Assembly (NCBI GenBank): GCA_963787355.1
Contig: CAWBCP010000005.1
Location: forward strand, 58,032-122,031
DNA length: 64,000 bases
Direction of reading: 5' to 3'
DNA from: an uncultured Planctomycetaceae bacterium
GTDB taxonomy: Bacteria; Planctomycetota; Planctomycetia; Pirellulales; PALSA-1355
A program made the position numbers and the translations under genes. Shown here in pieces: positions 60,325 through 64,000 of this stretch. The notes below the pieces were generated by a model. It searched no databases, was not told where the DNA came from, and saw nothing but the letters and a program-made list of their open reading frames with translations. Every line of letters starts with the position of its first letter. Positions within the stretch are counted from its first letter, which is position 1.

Positions 60325-61509
60325 CTAGGCTTTGAGCTTCGGTTCGCGTGGCATGCCCAGGCCGCGCTCGCTGACGATGTTCTTTTGAATCTGCGAGGTG
60401 CCGCCGCCGATGATCAGGCCCAGGTAGAGCATATACATGAACTGCCAGGAGCCGCCGTCGCGCAGGTGGGGGCCGTCGCCATAAAGAATACCGAGATCAC
60501 CCAGGGCATCGATGGCCAGGCCTTCGAGTTCGTGGCGCAGCTCGGTGCCTTGCAGCTTCACGATCATGGCCGCCAGCGCCGCGTCCTTGTGATTCAACCG
60601 CGGCCTGAGCAGCCGCAGATCGTTGAAACGCATCGCCATCACGCGGCCTTGGATTCGCATCAGCCGGTCGCGGAACACCGGGTTGTCGATCACGCGCTGC
60701 CCGTCGACGGTCTCGTTCTTCATCAGCTCCACCAGGGCGTTGAACCGGCTGAGCGTCGCGTCGGGATCGCCCAGATCGTCGCGTTCGTGCAGCAGGACCG
60801 CGTTGGCCACCTGCCAGCCTTGTCCGCGCTGGCCCAGGATTTGATCCTTGGGCACGCGAACGTCGGTGAAGAACACCTCGTTGAAGTGCGAGTCGCCGGT
60901 CATGGTTGCGAGCGGCCGTACGCGGATGCCCGGCGTCCGCATCGAGAACAACAGGAAGCTCAGGCCCTGGTGCTTGGGGACTTGGGGCTCGGAGCGCACC
61001 AGGCAAAACATCCAGTCGGCGCTTTCCGCCGTGCTCGTCCAGATCTTCTGACCGTTGATGACCCACTGGTCGCCTTCGAGCACCGCGGACGTCGTCAGGC
61101 TGGCCAGGTCGCTGCCGGCGTTGGGTTCGGAATAACCCTCGCACCAGATGATTTCGCCGCGCAGCGTCGGCCCGACGAAGCGGCGCTTCTGCTCCTCGGT
61201 TCCCATCTCCAACAACACCGGCAACAGGTAGGCGATGCCCTGGCCGCCCAGCCCCGGCGAAACCTGCGCCCGGGCGAATTCCTCGGCGATGATCCGCGAC
61301 TTGAGCAGGTCGACGTCGGCCCCGCTGCCGCCGTATTCCTTGGGGATGCCGCGGGCGATGTAGCCCTTGTCGATCAGCAGCTCTTGCCACTTCTGGATCT
61401 GCTCGCGGTCGAACTCTCGTCCGCACGGCGCCAAGCGACCGTTGGCTTTGAGGAACCGCCGCGTCTCTTGGCGGAAGACCTCGTAATCGCTGCCGTAAGA
61501 CAGGTCCAT
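60325..61509 (-). CDS. acyl-CoA dehydrogenase
   Basis: ATG 61509 with GGAG upstream; ...CEGYSEPNAGSDLASLTTSA...WINGQKIWTS... and the C-terminal ...GGGTSQIQKNIVSERGLGMP are typical of ACAD. Confidence 0.75.
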   Translation of the reverse strand: MDLSYGSDYEVFRQETRRFLKANGRLAPCGREFDREQIQKWQELLIDKGYIARGIPKEYGGSGADVDLLKSRIIAEEFARAQVSPGLGGQGIAYLLPVLLEMGTEEQKRRFVGPTLRGEIIWCEGYSEPNAGSDLASLTTSAVLEGDQWVINGQKIWTSTAESADWMFCLVRSEPQVPKHQGLSFLLFSMRTPGIRVRPLATMTGDSHFNEVFFTDVRVPKDQILGQRGQGWQVANAVLLHERDDLGDPDATLSRFNALVELMKNETVDGQRVIDNPVFRDRLMRIQGRVMAMRFNDLRLLRPRLNHKDAALAAMIVKLQGTELRHELEGLAIDALGDLGILYGDGPHLRDGGSWQFMYMLYLGLIIGGGTSQIQKNIVSERGLGMPREPKLKA

Positions 61510-61672
61510 GTTGTTGGCTCCAGTGGAACAACCTGGCGGCCGGGCCCGCTCGTCAACCGTCCGCGGCCCGCGCGAATGGCGCCATCCTAGAGGGCGAGTA
61601 CGGCGCTGAAAAGGCGCAAAGCCAGAGGCCCGTACCGGGACAGCACCATGGCGGCCGGTCCCACGACGCCGA

Positions 61673-62281
61673 CTAGCCCCGCTTGATGGTCGCGAACCAC
61701 GCGTGCGGGCCGCCCTCGGAGAACAGGTCCGTGAACTCGGGGGCTGTTTGGAATCGCGTCGGCTCGATGGATTCGATCTTCCAGCCGTCGGCAAAGGCCG
61801 CTTTAAGCTCCGCCTTGGAGATCCGCCGCGGTCCGGCGATGCCCGGCTCGGCGTCGCTGAAGCACATCAGCAGCAGCCGCCCGCCGGGGTTGACGACCGT
61901 GGCCAGGCCTTTGACGTACTGCTGGCGGTCGGTGTCGCTGAAAACGTGAAACAGCCCGCAGTCGATCGCGCTGTCGAAGAGTTGTGGCAGAACGCCGAGC
62001 CGCAAAGCATCCATCACCAGAAAGTTGACCGACAGCCCGCGCTGGTCGGCTTTCTGTTTTGCGCGGCGGATCGGCTCTTCGAGAAAATCGATGCCGGTCA
62101 CCTCGTGCCCGCGCTGGGCGAAGAACAGCGCGTTCTCGCCCGTGCCGCAGCCGGCGTCGAGAACCGATCCGGCGACGCGATCGGCCGCGGCCACGAAGGC
62201 GGGTTGCGGGCCGGCAATGTCCCAGGGGGCCTTGTCGGCATACGCCTTGACGAAGTGGTCTTTCGTAGGGATGTCGCTCAT
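61673..62281 (-). CDS. class I SAM-dependent methyltransferase
   Basis: Motif I VLDAGCGTGENALFFA; ~200 aa. Confidence 0.7.
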   Translation of the reverse strand: MSDIPTKDHFVKAYADKAPWDIAGPQPAFVAAADRVAGSVLDAGCGTGENALFFAQRGHEVTGIDFLEEPIRRAKQKADQRGLSVNFLVMDALRLGVLPQLFDSAIDCGLFHVFSDTDRQQYVKGLATVVNPGGRLLLMCFSDAEPGIAGPRRISKAELKAAFADGWKIESIEPTRFQTAPEFTDLFSEGGPHAWFATIKRG

Positions 62282-62885
62282 GGGACGAAGAGCTGCTTGG
62301 GCCAGGTGCCGATGTTCACATGGCACCATTCTGCCGGATAGCGGCCCTGGCGGCCAGCCTTGGCTGCGCGAAAAGGGCCGCATCGGCCGCCAATCAGACG
62401 TCCCACATCGTGAAGCGCACCGGCGGATCGGTCGATTCGTCGCCGTCGGCCGCGTCGACTCGGTCCATTTCGTCGACATCGAACCGGCCAAAGCTCTGGG
62501 CAACGTCTTGCCGCGCCAGTTCGGTCGTGCTGATTCTCGTCGCGTGAAAGTCGCTTTGCCCTTGGGGTTCTTGTGCAGGCATGGATTCATCCTCCCGGAA
62601 GGTGGCCATGGGGCTCGGTCGAAAATCGGCCTCTTATAGATTTGTTCGATCAGACCCGCAACGCCGGTTGAATCCGATTGCCGAATCCCCCTACGATGGT
62701 GATATTCCCGCTGGCGCAACTTGCCTGACCGATTCAGTTTGTCCCAGACAGCACGATTTGCGGCAGTGCAGCCCGTAGCCGCCATGTCTACCAGCCAGAC
62801 GATGCAATCGCTGTCCCCGAACTTCCATTTCTTCCTGGTGCACGACCATATTTCCTACTCACGCAAAGCAGAGGAGTAACCGCCG

Positions 62886-63617
62886 GTGCGATCCTTGCAG
62901 CGAGCGTTTTTCGTCACCGTCCTGTGCCTCGTCCAACTTGCCGGAGCCGTCCTGCCGGTCTCGGCGCAAGACAAGAGCGTCAACCCAGGCATCAACAAGC
63001 AGTTCGAGAAGCCTAAAGTCTCCGACTTCATCGGCCGGTTCGAGCGCGAGGGTCGCGACTCGTTCGACCACCGCTACGAGATCGTCAAGGAGTGTCGCGT
63101 TCAGCCCGGCATGACCGTGGCCGACATCGGGGCCGGCACCGGGTTGTTCACCCGCTTGTTCTCGCCGCTGGTCGGCCCCAAGGGGCGCGTCTATGCCGTC
63201 GACATCTCCGACGCGTTCGTCAAACACGTCGAGCAGGCCGCCAGACAAGAGGGCTTGAACAACGTGGTGGGCGTGGTCTGCGAAGCCGACTCGGTCAAGC
63301 TGCCCGAAGCGTCAGTCGACCTGGCCTTCATCTGCGACGTGTATCACCACTTCGAGTTTCCCCAGCGGACGCTCGCGTCGATCCGTCGGGCGCTCAAGCC
63401 AGGCGGGTCGCTGGTGCTGATCGACTTCCATCGCATTCAAGGCAAGAGCTCGGCCTGGATTATGAGCCACGTCCGCGGCGGCAAGGAAGTGTTCGCCAAG
63501 GAGATCCTCGAAGCCGGCTTCCGGCAGGTCGACGAGAAAGACGACCTGCTGAAGGAGTCGTACTTCATCCGCTTCGAGAAGGCGGCGCAGGCTGGCCAGG
63601 CCGCGGCACGGAAGTGA
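62886..63617 (+). CDS. class I SAM-dependent methyltransferase with N-terminal signal peptide
   Basis: Signal MRSLQRAFFVTVLCLVQLAGAVLPVSAQ; motif I VADIGAGTGLFT; post-I acidic VYAVDISD. Confidence 0.7.
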   Translation: MRSLQRAFFVTVLCLVQLAGAVLPVSAQDKSVNPGINKQFEKPKVSDFIGRFEREGRDSFDHRYEIVKECRVQPGMTVADIGAGTGLFTRLFSPLVGPKGRVYAVDISDAFVKHVEQAARQEGLNNVVGVVCEADSVKLPEASVDLAFICDVYHHFEFPQRTLASIRRALKPGGSLVLIDFHRIQGKSSAWIMSHVRGGKEVFAKEILEAGFRQVDEKDDLLKESYFIRFEKAAQAGQAAARK

Positions 63618-63640
63618 ATCGCTCGTTGCCGCGCTTTGCG

Positions 63641-64000
63641 CTACTCGCCCGTGAAGTTCGGCTTGCGCTTTTCGGAAAACGCGCGCAGCCCTTCCTGGTA
63701 GTCGTGGCTCGTATAGACCTGCCGCCTGAGGGCCTGCACGCGCTCGAAGTCCTGGGCCGTCAGGCTGTTCGACTCGGAGAGCATCCGCAGCTCTTCCTTG
63801 CTGACCGCGACCGACAGCGGCGACGTTTGGCAAATCCGCCCGGCTAGCTCGTAGGCGAACGTCTCGAGATCCGGCTTGGCGACGACGTGATTCAACATGC
63901 CGGCCGCCAGCGCTCGTTCGGCCGAGATCGGGCTGGCGGTGAACATCATCTCCTTGAGCAGCGGCAGGCCGATCACCTTCAGAAAGTTGAGCACGCCCGA
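63641..64000 (-). CDS. enoyl-CoA hydratase/isomerase (crotonase) family protein, C-terminal part (gene continues beyond window)
   Basis: ...ALAAGMLNHVV...LAGRICQTSPLSVAVSKEELR...GLRAFSEKRKPNFTGE is the crotonase C-terminus. Confidence 0.65.
   Translation of the reverse strand, partial: SGVLNFLKVIGLPLLKEMMFTASPISAERALAAGMLNHVVAKPDLETFAYELAGRICQTSPLSVAVSKEELRMLSESNSLTAQDFERVQALRRQVYTSHDYQEGLRAFSEKRKPNFTGE

Overview
This is a high-GC (~65-70%) bacterial chromosomal segment whose gene content points to Planctomycetota. The supporting signs are several DUF1501, DUF1549/DUF1553 (PSCyt), DUF1592 and DUF1552 genes, PEP-CTERM/exosortase substrates, an ECF sigma factor coupled to a Ser/Thr kinase with WD40 repeats, a Tat-signal mannonate-dehydratase-like enzyme and a B12-radical SAM protein. 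Two features stand out.

(1) A lower-GC island (~18.8-31.4 kb) carries a dense tRNA gene array: about 40 plus-strand tRNA or tRNA-like genes, most of them between 21.66 and 25.81 kb. At least 17 amino-acid specificities are represented. Several members are non-canonical: three type-I tRNAs with Leu anticodons, two with C33, two with G at T-loop position 55, an Ile-TAT species, and no Met or initiator tRNA. The array is interspersed with an HNH endonuclease, a YbjN-like protein, a SEC-C-motif protein, small membrane proteins, a low-GC PEP-CTERM beta-propeller-like protein and degenerate tRNA copies. It is bordered by a truncated type I restriction hsdR remnant and by tRNA fragments.

(2) A minus-strand array of PEP-CTERM modules (9.9-14.1 kb) comprises two paralogous FGE/SUMF1-like domains, a HAF-repeat domain and an unknown domain. 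As sequenced the modules run together in frame with no stop codons: each Arg-rich PEP-CTERM tail flows directly into a signal-peptide-like segment of the next module.

The window also contains many apparent frameshifts in otherwise conserved genes (DUF1501 three times, the helicase, ABC-F, the ECF sigma, the kinase, PSCyt, DUF1552 and the Mx peptidase). These may be assembly indel errors or gene decay, so coordinates of the affected genes are approximate. No CRISPR array, rRNA or integrase was found.
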